Shown here one piece after another: positions 53,983 to 62,906 of a DNA stretch of 64,000 bases; within the stretch, counting starts at the first letter, position 1; each line of letters opens with the position of its first letter. Source of the stretch: a virus (Duplodnaviria > Heunggongvirae > Uroviricota > Caudoviricetes); IMG/VR virus record IMGVR_UViG_3300028888_000044, positions 160,001-224,000 of that record; one strand, written 5' to 3'. The translations under genes and the position numbers were made by a program. The notes under the pieces were generated by a model. That model searched no databases, was not told the DNA's origin, and was given only the letters and a program-made list of their open reading frames with translations.

Positions 53983-56490
53983 ATGCGAATATATAACAAG
54001 GCATCAATCATCCTCAAGGAAAACAAGTCAGAGGAAAAGAGACGTATTGATGCGCACAACAAGACAATCAATGTTGTAAACAAATATTTCCATAATTTCA
54101 GTCCGTATCTTGATTCTATGACGGATGGTAATATTAAAATGTCAGATTCAATCGTACAACAGATTGAAACTGATTTTTTTCATGGACTTACGTCAAAACC
54201 AGTCATAAGGATTGAACCGTTGATTGCACAAATTGCATTGGAGTTTGGCTATGGGCAGAAAGATGCCGTACCTCAAACAAAGATGCTTATCAATTTGCGT
54301 AACATAGTACAAATTATACATACCAAGACACGCAATATTGACAACCCATTGGATGTCCAGAAGTTGAATGCAACAACGTATGACGATTTTTACAATCTAT
54401 GTTCCAAAGAATTGGAGGAACTGTATAAATTGGATGCTCAAGCAAAAAATTATAACAACAATTCAACAAATACTAACAATGGAGGATTAGAAGCTCAAAT
54501 ATATCAAAATACACAATATAGGATATTATCTAATGTTACATACGACCAAGCCAATGAAATAGGAAATGAAAGTTGTCCAACAAGTAGGCTTTGTTATACA
54601 CAATCATCGTCAACTTGGAAAAGTAGTAACTATTCTGACTCTGGACGTAACAAGTGCTATGTTCTTTTGAAGGATGGGTGGGAAAATATACCAGCCGTTC
54701 ATCCAAATGGTGGTTCAAGCCCATATGATGAATACGGACTTAGTATGATATTTCTGTTTGTGTCACCACAGCCAAAGAATGATTTGGTGGCTTGCAATAC
54801 GAGATGGAATCACAGAGCAACATACGAAAGTCCACATTATACAGATATGGCACTTACAAAAGACGAAATAGCCAAGTTGCTTCACATTAATTCTTTTGAA
54901 GACGTGTTTGTCGGTTACAAAAAAGAAGAAATTGAGACCAACAATCAATTTGATTTTTATCGCTTGAATCAAGCTATACAGAATGGTGATTATTCCTCAT
55001 TAAATACACAAGAGATTAGTGACAAGTTATGGATTGTAACATATGCAAATTATTATAATGTGATAAATTTGGTCACTAAAAAATTGGTATCAAACAGATG
55101 GTTTAACCATATAGCGTATCAATCATTTAATTATCTTTCTGTTGAAATTGATTATGAAGGGGAAAACTATTTGAACATTATGAATACTAATGGAGAGATT
55201 ATTTCAAAAACGTGGTTTGATAGGTTAGATATTAATAACGAAGAACATTATGTAGTATGCCGTAATACACAAATTCCATATACAGTGGTTTATGAAGACT
55301 CTCCAGAATTGAAAGTGTTAATTGAAGTGAATGAAGATGCTCGTGACATAAATTTTGAAACGGAACCCCCTACAGCAGTAATTAAAGGATATGTTACATC
55401 ATTAGGGCAAAATCCAAAGAAGCTAGTAAAACTTCTAAGTAGATATGATAATTTATGTAAAGCTGGTAAATTTATTGCAATAACTATAGAAGATGATGTA
55501 GAATATTATACTAATAAAGGAGAACTGATAACATCATACTCTCAAGAATCATTAAATGAGGCTGACGATGTAGTGTCTCAAAACGGTGAATATTTAATTA
55601 CACAAGATAATGAACTTGTAAGATACGATGGTAAAGTAATTCCCACACCAAATGATGGTGAATGGTTTATATATGGCAGTTTCATAATATTCTCACATAA
55701 TGTCAGCCCAAAATGTGATATTTATAATGAAGACTCGAAATGCTTGTTTAAGAACGTATACATATCTCCGTCATATACAAATGCCGACAAGAGTTATTTT
55801 GCAATGTGCGTTTATGATAGTGATTATACAAATTATGATAAAAAAGTCAATCTTATTTTTAAAAACGGAGAGCTTCTTTTTGACCAATGGTTTGATGGAA
55901 GAATGGTTGATAATTACTGTATAGATGACTATGAATCAAGATATTATTTAATGTCTTTTGAATCTAGATTCAATGGTAAAGAACGTTGTTATTTCATAAT
56001 AGATAGGTTAACAAATGATGTTGCGTTGAGTTTTATATTTCAACACGTAAGATTTAATGTTTATAAAGACGTATTGAGTGTGAAATATAGTGCAGATGAA
56101 GGTGAGTTATATTCATTGAGCAACAGAAAATTAATAATGAAGTGTGACCCAGCAGTTGAAGTAACTAATACTCACTACACAAACAACGTATATATGACAT
56201 TTTGGACTTTAAGAGATACTATTTGTATAATGAATTGTAATACTTGTGAAATACTTATTGAAAGCAACGAATTGATTGATGCAATTTTTTATGGCGATGT
56301 TGCCGTATTTGTTTATGAAAACAACACATGCTGCTTTTATGACTTAATACAAAATAAGCAAATATCAAGAATGTATACACATGTGCGCAAATGTTCAATG
56401 TCAACACCTAAGGTATTTACTTGCCTAGATGAAAACGAAAATACTTGGTTCTTTGATGTTGCATCAAAGAAAGAGATAGAATTAACATAA
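53983..56490 (+). CDS. Divergent module-family protein (core + highly degenerate beta-repeats)
   Basis: IILKE leader; RLCYTQS, CYVLLKDGWE, PYDEYGLSMIF, ACNTRWNH, TDMAL. The core is closest to that of 34216-35679. Confidence 0.85.
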   Translation: MRIYNKASIILKENKSEEKRRIDAHNKTINVVNKYFHNFSPYLDSMTDGNIKMSDSIVQQIETDFFHGLTSKPVIRIEPLIAQIALEFGYGQKDAVPQTKMLINLRNIVQIIHTKTRNIDNPLDVQKLNATTYDDFYNLCSKELEELYKLDAQAKNYNNNSTNTNNGGLEAQIYQNTQYRILSNVTYDQANEIGNESCPTSRLCYTQSSSTWKSSNYSDSGRNKCYVLLKDGWENIPAVHPNGGSSPYDEYGLSMIFLFVSPQPKNDLVACNTRWNHRATYESPHYTDMALTKDEIAKLLHINSFEDVFVGYKKEEIETNNQFDFYRLNQAIQNGDYSSLNTQEISDKLWIVTYANYYNVINLVTKKLVSNRWFNHIAYQSFNYLSVEIDYEGENYLNIMNTNGEIISKTWFDRLDINNEEHYVVCRNTQIPYTVVYEDSPELKVLIEVNEDARDINFETEPPTAVIKGYVTSLGQNPKKLVKLLSRYDNLCKAGKFIAITIEDDVEYYTNKGELITSYSQESLNEADDVVSQNGEYLITQDNELVRYDGKVIPTPNDGEWFIYGSFIIFSHNVSPKCDIYNEDSKCLFKNVYISPSYTNADKSYFAMCVYDSDYTNYDKKVNLIFKNGELLFDQWFDGRMVDNYCIDDYESRYYLMSFESRFNGKERCYFIIDRLTNDVALSFIFQHVRFNVYKDVLSVKYSADEGELYSLSNRKLIMKCDPAVEVTNTHYTNNVYMTFWTLRDTICIMNCNTCEILIESNELIDAIFYGDVAVFVYENNTCCFYDLIQNKQISRMYTHVRKCSMSTPKVFTCLDENENTWFFDVASKKEIELT

Positions 56491-56510
56491 CAAACAAAGA
56501 CATATAAACA

Positions 56511-56756
56511 ATGGAAAACAAGATTAACAGAATAATCAGAGAGGAAATCGACAAGCTGATTAGCGAAATGGATGGCGGTGGTGTCGGTGGTGGCGCTGAA
56601 GGAATGGGAAGCGGTGTAAGTTCCGTAGGTGGAGCTACCTCAACAATGAGCACTATGCAAGGAGGTGGAAGCAATCCAGACTCTGGTCAATTCATTCAAC
56701 CTATGACAAAAGTACAAAGGAGAAACATATATAAACCAAAGACACAACAACCTTAA
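56511..56756 (+). CDS. Small Gly-rich protein with IIREEI..LISE leader
   Basis: MENKINRIIREEIDKLISE-MDGGGVGGGAEG...GQF..P...VQRR. Confidence 0.7.
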   Translation: MENKINRIIREEIDKLISEMDGGGVGGGAEGMGSGVSSVGGATSTMSTMQGGGSNPDSGQFIQPMTKVQRRNIYKPKTQQP

Positions 56757-56760
56757 TATT

Positions 56761-56958
56761 ATGAACAACAGTCCATATTTGATAGTTGATGATGCAAGCG
56801 TCATCAAGGAGATATACAAGATTGACGAGCAAGTTAAGGAGGAATTGGGCAAGCCAAACTACGACAAGGAAAAGGTTATGAAGCTTAGGTTTGAGCAGTT
56901 GCTGAAGGGGATTTATCTTACTCAAGACCCAAATGCTTGGAGAGTCAATATGTATTAA
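56761..56958 (+). CDS. Hypothetical protein, 65 aa
   Basis: Coupled ORF with genome-typical codon usage. Confidence 0.6.
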   Translation: MNNSPYLIVDDASVIKEIYKIDEQVKEELGKPNYDKEKVMKLRFEQLLKGIYLTQDPNAWRVNMY

Positions 56959-56977
56959 CATATTTTAATACTTTTTA

Positions 56978-57009
56978 TTTGCCAATATCAAGGAATATGC
57001 ATATCTTTG
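56978..57009 (+). promoter_or_regulatory. Bacteroidota sigma-A promoter TTTG-N20-TATCTTTG
   Basis: TTTG at 56978-56981 and TATCTTTG at 57002-57009; ATG follows 23 nt later. Confidence 0.8.
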
Positions 57010-57032
57010 TACTATAAGAATTAGATAAAGTT

Positions 57033-58013
57033 ATGTTATACGACAAGGAATTGGCAAAGAGATTTATCAGTGACTACAATTTTCCTATACCACTGATTAA
57101 TGAGATGTATTTTTTCTATCATCTTGTGTTATACGAAAAAGATTACGGCACATTGACAAAATATAGGGAGCTTGTCTCTTTGATTGAGTCAAAGTACAAC
57201 GGTGAGTGCAAGAAGTTTCTTGATGAGTATTACAACATTAGGGAAAATATCATCCAAACAGTAAGCAACTGCGAGGCATTTCAGAGGTTCAATAAAATGA
57301 ATATGCTTTGCTATTCAATCAAGAATAAGCCAAACATTACAAAGAAAAACATCTTCAATCAGTCAAATGTTGGAAAGTTCTTCATTTCGGTCGATATGAA
57401 GAAGGCAAACTTTCAAGCATTGAAGAGTGTTGACAAGGAGATTGTTCTTGGTGCAGACACATATGAGGATTTCATAGGTAAGTTCACAGACTTGGATTAT
57501 ATCAAGGAATCAAAGTACACAAGGCAAGTTATTTTCGGCAAGTTGAATCCTAGTAGGCACATTACTGTTGAAATGTATTTGATTACTAAATTGTACGAAG
57601 AACTTTCTTCAATCAAATACTTAAACGGAAAATGTGTGTCATTATCAAATGACGAGATTATCTTTGAGATTGAGCCATTTGATGAAGACTATATGTTTAA
57701 TGCTGCTCGTGAACATATTGTAAGCATTGCAAAAGACCTTGGTCTTGATGTCCGTGTAGAAATGTTCTATCTAAAGGCTTACAATCTCGTATTCAAGGAA
57801 AGCAGAAGCGTTAGGTCAACCTTTTTCATCAAGGACTATGTTGCTACAGAAGGCAAGTTCAAACTCATTGCAGCCCCACAACCATATCACAGCATTATGT
57901 ACAAATTGTACAAGGGGATTGATTTGATAGAATACGACTACCACTTCAACTATGAGGGGATGAATGCAATGATTTGCGAGGAATTCGATATAGAGGAAGT
58001 GAGAAAGGATTGA
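57033..58013 (+). CDS. Hypothetical protein, possible minimal DNA-polymerase-palm-like fold
   Basis: FISVDMKKANF, SKYTRQVIFG and SLSNDEIIFE echo polymerase motifs A/B/C; the gene is its own transcription unit. Confidence 0.5.
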   Translation: MLYDKELAKRFISDYNFPIPLINEMYFFYHLVLYEKDYGTLTKYRELVSLIESKYNGECKKFLDEYYNIRENIIQTVSNCEAFQRFNKMNMLCYSIKNKPNITKKNIFNQSNVGKFFISVDMKKANFQALKSVDKEIVLGADTYEDFIGKFTDLDYIKESKYTRQVIFGKLNPSRHITVEMYLITKLYEELSSIKYLNGKCVSLSNDEIIFEIEPFDEDYMFNAAREHIVSIAKDLGLDVRVEMFYLKAYNLVFKESRSVRSTFFIKDYVATEGKFKLIAAPQPYHSIMYKLYKGIDLIEYDYHFNYEGMNAMICEEFDIEEVRKD

Positions 58014-58035
58014 AACAATTACTGAAAAAAAACAT

Positions 58036-58067
58036 AAAATGCAGTCAGAAATGGCTGCATTTTTTTT
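58036..58067 (+). terminator. Intrinsic terminator
   Basis: AAAATGCAGTCA-GAAA-TGGCTGCATTTTTTTT. Confidence 0.85.
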
Positions 58068-58111
58068 ATTGTCTATTATATTTATAAATGAATAATATTC
58101 AATATATTTTT

Positions 58112-58456
58112 ATGGAAAGCAATAAGAATAGGACTAAAAGCACAGAAGCTGTAGGTAGTAGTGATTACAAGGGATATAATTCAATTAAAGTAGGACGTTA
58201 TGATGATATGTCCGATGAGATTGAACAAACAGCATCTGAAATGGGAGGTGTTTTTGACAACGATGCAAAGACGTATGGAGGTCAAAGATACAAGTTTCGT
58301 ACAAAGGATGCAAGAGATAGATTCAATAGGGCAATTGAAAAGAAGGTTAAGGACGATAATAATAAACAGAAAAACAAAAAGAAAATTGCAGAATCTATCA
58401 TTAGAGACATTGTTTTGGAAGGTGTTAAAAAGACATTGATGCCTCTGTTGAATTAA
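58112..58456 (+). CDS. Hypothetical protein with C-terminal IAESIIRDIVLE motif
   Basis: ATG 58112 is preferred over 58088 because ATATTTAT (58078-58085) would otherwise abut the start. Confidence 0.65.
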   Translation: MESNKNRTKSTEAVGSSDYKGYNSIKVGRYDDMSDEIEQTASEMGGVFDNDAKTYGGQRYKFRTKDARDRFNRAIEKKVKDDNNKQKNKKKIAESIIRDIVLEGVKKTLMPLLN

Positions 58457-58479
58457 AAATTATAAAAAAACAAAATATT

Positions 58480-59301
58480 ATGAAAATTTATAAGGTAGGC
58501 GATTTAAGAAGAATGGTAAAGGAAAGTGCCAAGAGCGAATTTGAACCAAAATTTGGCAATAATGTACCAGAAGATAACAAGAAAAACAACGAAAAGGCTT
58601 ACAAGGATATGCAAAAGGCAACAGCCGACTATGACGGTGGCTTGACAAAGGAAAAGGGTTTCAAATTACCAGAGAATGATGACAATAGGGGGATGGAAAG
58701 CCTTTTTGTAAACAATGCCAACGATGCATATACATCACGAGTCAAATCACAGTTGAAGGGGTTCACTTCAAAGGACAACGAGGACATTCACAAGAACGAA
58801 AAGCTTGGAAATGCCGAATACGGCTCTGACGATATTGTCAACCAGTTCAAAAAGAAAGGTGGCAAGTATGCTGACAACAGAAAGAAGGCTGTAAAGATTG
58901 GATTAAGCGGTAGAGAATTGAATGATTCTGACATTGAAAAGAATTATCAGAACCTTTATAATGAAAATCACAAGCTCAAGAAATTGACATTTAAGAACAC
59001 TGTTTTCCTAACAGAAAACCATATGCTGACAAAAGTTCCAGATAGTTATATGGTAGAAGGTAACAGATTCGTAATGCGTGATAAGAATGCGAATGAATAT
59101 CTTGTTGAATGGCACAGTGATAAACCAGAGGTAAAGAGACATTTTACAAAGGAGAATATTCGAGAGGAATTTGAAAGAATGATGCATTTATCGAATTACG
59201 ACAGTGGCAAGTACAACAAGACTTCTACACCACAAGAAAGACTGAATGAAACAAAAGAGGTTGATGTAATGCTTAATAAGGTAAGAAAATTAATGAAATA
59301 A
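58480..59301 (+). CDS. Hypothetical protein, possibly head-associated (multiple LxE motifs)
   Basis: LRRMVKES, FLTE, NIREEFERM..L..Y, RLNE. Confidence 0.65.
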   Translation: MKIYKVGDLRRMVKESAKSEFEPKFGNNVPEDNKKNNEKAYKDMQKATADYDGGLTKEKGFKLPENDDNRGMESLFVNNANDAYTSRVKSQLKGFTSKDNEDIHKNEKLGNAEYGSDDIVNQFKKKGGKYADNRKKAVKIGLSGRELNDSDIEKNYQNLYNENHKLKKLTFKNTVFLTENHMLTKVPDSYMVEGNRFVMRDKNANEYLVEWHSDKPEVKRHFTKENIREEFERMMHLSNYDSGKYNKTSTPQERLNETKEVDVMLNKVRKLMK

Positions 59302-59320
59302 AAAATAGATAGATAACGAA

Positions 59321-60058
59321 ATGGAAAAGGTTTTAAAACTTCTTGATGAAATCGTTCTGTTGGTAAAAATACATGGTATAAATGCTGTTTATTGGCTAGT
59401 TGTTTTGTTTTATGTAATTGGAATATTGTATCCAAAATATTCATTGGAAATGCTTAGCGCAAGCAACGTAATAGTATTGGGTATTATATGGCTTGGCGCA
59501 CAACTCATCAATGGGGTAGGTTCCAAAGTGGAACATAGTATACAGAATAGCAAGAGATTAAATTCTAGTGTCGAAATTAGGCAGAATTTAAGACAATTAC
59601 TTGAAGAAACACACGCAGATAGGGCTTATATAATGGAATACCACAACGGCAAGGAGAATCCTACGTTACTTCCATTTATATATCTTGATATGACATTCGA
59701 GGAAACTGCAAACAAGAGTATGAACTTCATACATAAGGAATATCAGAATATGAATGTTTCATTATTCAGCTTACCAATGTACATTGCAGAACATTATGTA
59801 TTTACTGGTCCAGTAGATGATTTGGTTGAAATTGACCAGAAGGTTGGTAGAAGATACCAAGACCACGGAACAAAGTACTGCTCAATCATTCTTCTCAAGA
59901 GTGAAGGTATAATGATTGGAATTATGGGTATTTCATATCGTGAGACACCTAATATGAGCAATGAAGAAATACAAGCAAAGATGGCAATCTATGCACAAGA
60001 TATATCAAATTATCTTGATTTGGCGAAATGTGATTTTAAGAAACAACAATATGATTAG
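59321..60058 (+). CDS. Putative holin (N-terminal TM helices + GAF-like domain, T4 gpt-like architecture)
   Basis: Two hydrophobic segments, then L..LLE...ADRAYIMEYHNG...Y..MTFE...YQN...S.F...GIMGISY. Confidence 0.55.
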   Translation: MEKVLKLLDEIVLLVKIHGINAVYWLVVLFYVIGILYPKYSLEMLSASNVIVLGIIWLGAQLINGVGSKVEHSIQNSKRLNSSVEIRQNLRQLLEETHADRAYIMEYHNGKENPTLLPFIYLDMTFEETANKSMNFIHKEYQNMNVSLFSLPMYIAEHYVFTGPVDDLVEIDQKVGRRYQDHGTKYCSIILLKSEGIMIGIMGISYRETPNMSNEEIQAKMAIYAQDISNYLDLAKCDFKKQQYD

Positions 60059-60060
60059 TT

Positions 60061-60696
60061 ATGAAAATAGGTAAAATGCACATAATAATGTTGCTTATGG
60101 CATTGGCAATATTTGTACTTGGTGCATTGTTGTACAATGAACATAATGCAAGTAATAGGGCATATGCTGAAGGTTACAAGAATGGAACATATGTAATTGA
60201 AAAGGCTGACGAGACAATCAACAGCCTTAAAAATGAAAACAAGGAACTATATGATTCCATAAAGTCATATAAGGACAAGGTTACGTTTGTTACACAGTTC
60301 AAATACAAGAAGATATATATCACAGATACGGTATATGTCAGCAAACCGCAGCCAAATGATACTGTAAAGACATTTGTTTATCAGAACAAGAAAGAGAATG
60401 ACTCATTGAACTATAAACTGTCTATAGGCAGTATAGCAGAGCCAAATTGGTACAAGTTGGATATGACTGTAGGTGACAAGTTCACAATCATAAACAAGAA
60501 GGATGGCGATACAAACCAGACAATTATAGACAGTGGAAACAATGGTCTTATCGAGGAAGTCACTGTTATAAACAAGAAGCAGAACAGTTTTTGGAAGAGA
60601 TTCGGATATGGTCCAAACTTCGGTTTTGGTTATGGATTGGTTAAAAAGGAATTCGACTTTTATGTAGGATTTGGAGTAACTTATGATTTAAAATAA
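60061..60696 (+). CDS. Putative spanin-like membrane protein
   Basis: N-terminal signal anchor, coiled coil, DTV repeats and a C-terminal amphipathic beta-hairpin RFGYGPNFGFGY...FYVGFGVTYDL. Confidence 0.5.
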   Translation: MKIGKMHIIMLLMALAIFVLGALLYNEHNASNRAYAEGYKNGTYVIEKADETINSLKNENKELYDSIKSYKDKVTFVTQFKYKKIYITDTVYVSKPQPNDTVKTFVYQNKKENDSLNYKLSIGSIAEPNWYKLDMTVGDKFTIINKKDGDTNQTIIDSGNNGLIEEVTVINKKQNSFWKRFGYGPNFGFGYGLVKKEFDFYVGFGVTYDLK

Positions 60697-60771
60697 TTGA
60701 AAAAATATATAGCAATTTTATTGATTGTTATATATTTTTTTTATATATTTTAATATATTAAAACTGATATT

Positions 60772-60966
60772 ATGATGACGTTTAATTTTAATGCAATTTG
60801 GATTTTCATATTCGTGTACGCTATCCTTGTAGTCATCAAGAACGTATACGGTGTTATAAAGATTTCTGTACTGAAGCAAGGAAAGGTTGACACAACAACA
60901 TTCAACCAAGTGTCATTAGGGCTTGCTATTTCATATATAATAACTTTTTTAATTATTTGCATTTAA
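60772..60966 (+). CDS. Small two-TM membrane protein
   Basis: IWIFIFVYAILVVI and LGLAISYIITFLIICI. Confidence 0.6.
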   Translation: MMTFNFNAIWIFIFVYAILVVIKNVYGVIKISVLKQGKVDTTTFNQVSLGLAISYIITFLIICI

Positions 60967-60967
60967 G

Positions 60968-61414
60968 ATGGGATTGAAAGAAAAGATAAATGAGATTTCG
61001 GACTATTTCAGAGGTATTGAATATTTCAATGATGCTTTGATTGTCAAGGCTGCATTTCCTCCACAACTAAATGTAATAGGAAACGAGGAAAAGGGTATCA
61101 AGGTTGCACAGTCTGATGATGGCTTGTGGTACTATTTCGGTGACAAGAACAATATTGAAATTGAAGACATATTTGATTGGATTAAGACAACGGTATATGT
61201 ATATGAAGAGGCAAAGAAGAAGGCTGCGCTATATAAGGCAAAGTGCGACGAGCTTAAACAGATATTTGGAAATACATCTTATGACAAGTTAGAGACATTG
61301 CAATTTGTATTTGATGAAAAGAAGCCTTCCTCAAAGAGAGGCGGCAGACGAAAGAAAAAGTCTGAAGAGAGCACACAAAACGAAAATAATGAAACAGACA
61401 AAGAAGAACAATAA
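60968..61414 (+). CDS. Hypothetical protein, 148 aa
   Basis: Coupled ORF. Confidence 0.7.
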   Translation: MGLKEKINEISDYFRGIEYFNDALIVKAAFPPQLNVIGNEEKGIKVAQSDDGLWYYFGDKNNIEIEDIFDWIKTTVYVYEEAKKKAALYKAKCDELKQIFGNTSYDKLETLQFVFDEKKPSSKRGGRRKKKSEESTQNENNETDKEEQ

Positions 61415-61776
61415 TGGACATTTTGATTTATTCATTGATATTTTATGGGCTTAGCTATTGCATTGTATATGCAGCTGGTCCTTTCAATATATTTACAAAA
61501 TACAGAGAAATAGCAGAAAGTAAGTTTCCTTCAAATTTGGGTGATTCAGTCAAATGTATGTTCTGTACACCATTTCAGTTGGGGTTGCTGTTCAGCTTGA
61601 TAAACTATTTCTTGCTTGACAATGCATTTCCAGCACCATCATTGTATTGCGACCCAACTGAATCATATTGGTATATATCAGTAATTTTTGATGGCGCATT
61701 TACAGCATCTGTAGTCTATCTTATAGATACTGTTCAATGCTGGTTTGAAGGTGAAAATGAGGGAGAAGATGAGTAA
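61414..61776 (+). CDS. Membrane protein with CxxC (DUF1360-like)
   Basis: TM segments flank VKCMFCTPFQLG; TAATG start/stop overlap. Confidence 0.6.
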   Translation: MDILIYSLIFYGLSYCIVYAAGPFNIFTKYREIAESKFPSNLGDSVKCMFCTPFQLGLLFSLINYFLLDNAFPAPSLYCDPTESYWYISVIFDGAFTASVVYLIDTVQCWFEGENEGEDE

Positions 61777-61999
61777 TATAGAGCTACAAAGAGAACATAA
61801 TGAATTACAGAATGAGCGTAAACTGTATGGGCTTATGCTTAAGAAAAACCAAGAACATATTGCAGAGATGCTCAAAGGTGAGATGGGTAGTGATATGAAG
61901 GATGTTATGTCTGGTAAGAAAAAGGTCACTGAACCATTATTATCAAGATTGAAGTATAAAATAACTTATTATGTCGAAAAAATTCTAAAAACGATATGA
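61769..61999 (+). CDS. Hypothetical protein
   Basis: Coupled ORF; ATG at ~61769 (MSNIELQ) is preferred over TTG 61745. Confidence 0.55.
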   Translation: MSNIELQREHNELQNERKLYGLMLKKNQEHIAEMLKGEMGSDMKDVMSGKKKVTEPLLSRLKYKITYYVEKILKTI

Positions 62000-62226
62000 T
62001 TACTAGTTTTGATATAATCAAATTAGGAACAAAAATAAGCCAAGAACTGAAGTCTTTACGTATAGACAAAGAATGTGTAATGTCAATAAGTATAGGTAAT
62101 GATAATCTACATAAATTGGATGAGGATTTCTATTATAGAAATTTTCCAGATGGTAAAGACTATGTTCCTACTGATGGTGAATTGGATATAAAGTTCGACA
62201 ATTTGAAAATAACAATTAAAGAATGA
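61996..62226 (+). CDS. Hypothetical protein, 76 aa
   Basis: ATGA overlaps at both ends; LDEDFYYR motif. Confidence 0.65.
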   Translation: MITSFDIIKLGTKISQELKSLRIDKECVMSISIGNDNLHKLDEDFYYRNFPDGKDYVPTDGELDIKFDNLKITIKE

Positions 62227-62906
62227 CTGGGCAGACTAGTTATCAATTGATTCTACTGAAGGGTAATGATTGTATAAAGACAATAAGCAGTCATTTCAGC
62301 TATGCAAGGGCAAAATACAAATATGACAAGATGCTTGAAGATAACAAAGCTGTCTTGTTTCCAATACAATACCTAAATGTTGAAAAGATTGTTGAAGTGA
62401 AGTATTATATTGCATTGCTTGAGAGAAGAAACGAAAAAGGTAATGAATCCACAAAACTGAAGAATGAATACGGTCAATATGTTGACCACATCATAATTGA
62501 CAATGATAATTGGCTAATGATAGAAAAGGAGGAATACAACTTTGAAGAGACTTTTTGGGTATATGGATATAATCCTCATTTCTTCAGAAAGACATTCTCG
62601 TTCATTTTTAAGGAGCTTATATTGAAATATGCTAATAATAAGTATGAATTCCTCAACATACATTTCTACAAGAACAAGGTTATCATTGAATCATTCAGCC
62701 ATACAGATATGATTATATGCAAGAATGGAAGTGATGCTATTAGGCTATATTGTCTGTTGGATGAATATTGCAAGAATTTCAAGATAAAACAAATAATGTT
62801 AAGTGGAAATGATGCTAGGAACAGAATTTCATCAACAAGAACAATTGACAAGATAGAGGCTCTGACACATTGGAGTAGAAAGAAGATACAAAGGAATACA
62901 ACATAA
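62223..62906 (+). CDS. Hypothetical protein, 227 aa
   Basis: Coupled ORF ending at a terminator; EETFWVYG motif. Confidence 0.7.
   Translation: MTGQTSYQLILLKGNDCIKTISSHFSYARAKYKYDKMLEDNKAVLFPIQYLNVEKIVEVKYYIALLERRNEKGNESTKLKNEYGQYVDHIIIDNDNWLMIEKEEYNFEETFWVYGYNPHFFRKTFSFIFKELILKYANNKYEFLNIHFYKNKVIIESFSHTDMIICKNGSDAIRLYCLLDEYCKNFKIKQIMLSGNDARNRISSTRTIDKIEALTHWSRKKIQRNTT

Noticed and set aside
24729-56490. Module proteins as tail fibres or receptor-binding proteins
   Set aside because: They lie outside the tail operon, lack trimeric fibre or chaperone signatures, and carry prohead-protease-like sites that point to the head interior. Not fully excluded without proteomics.
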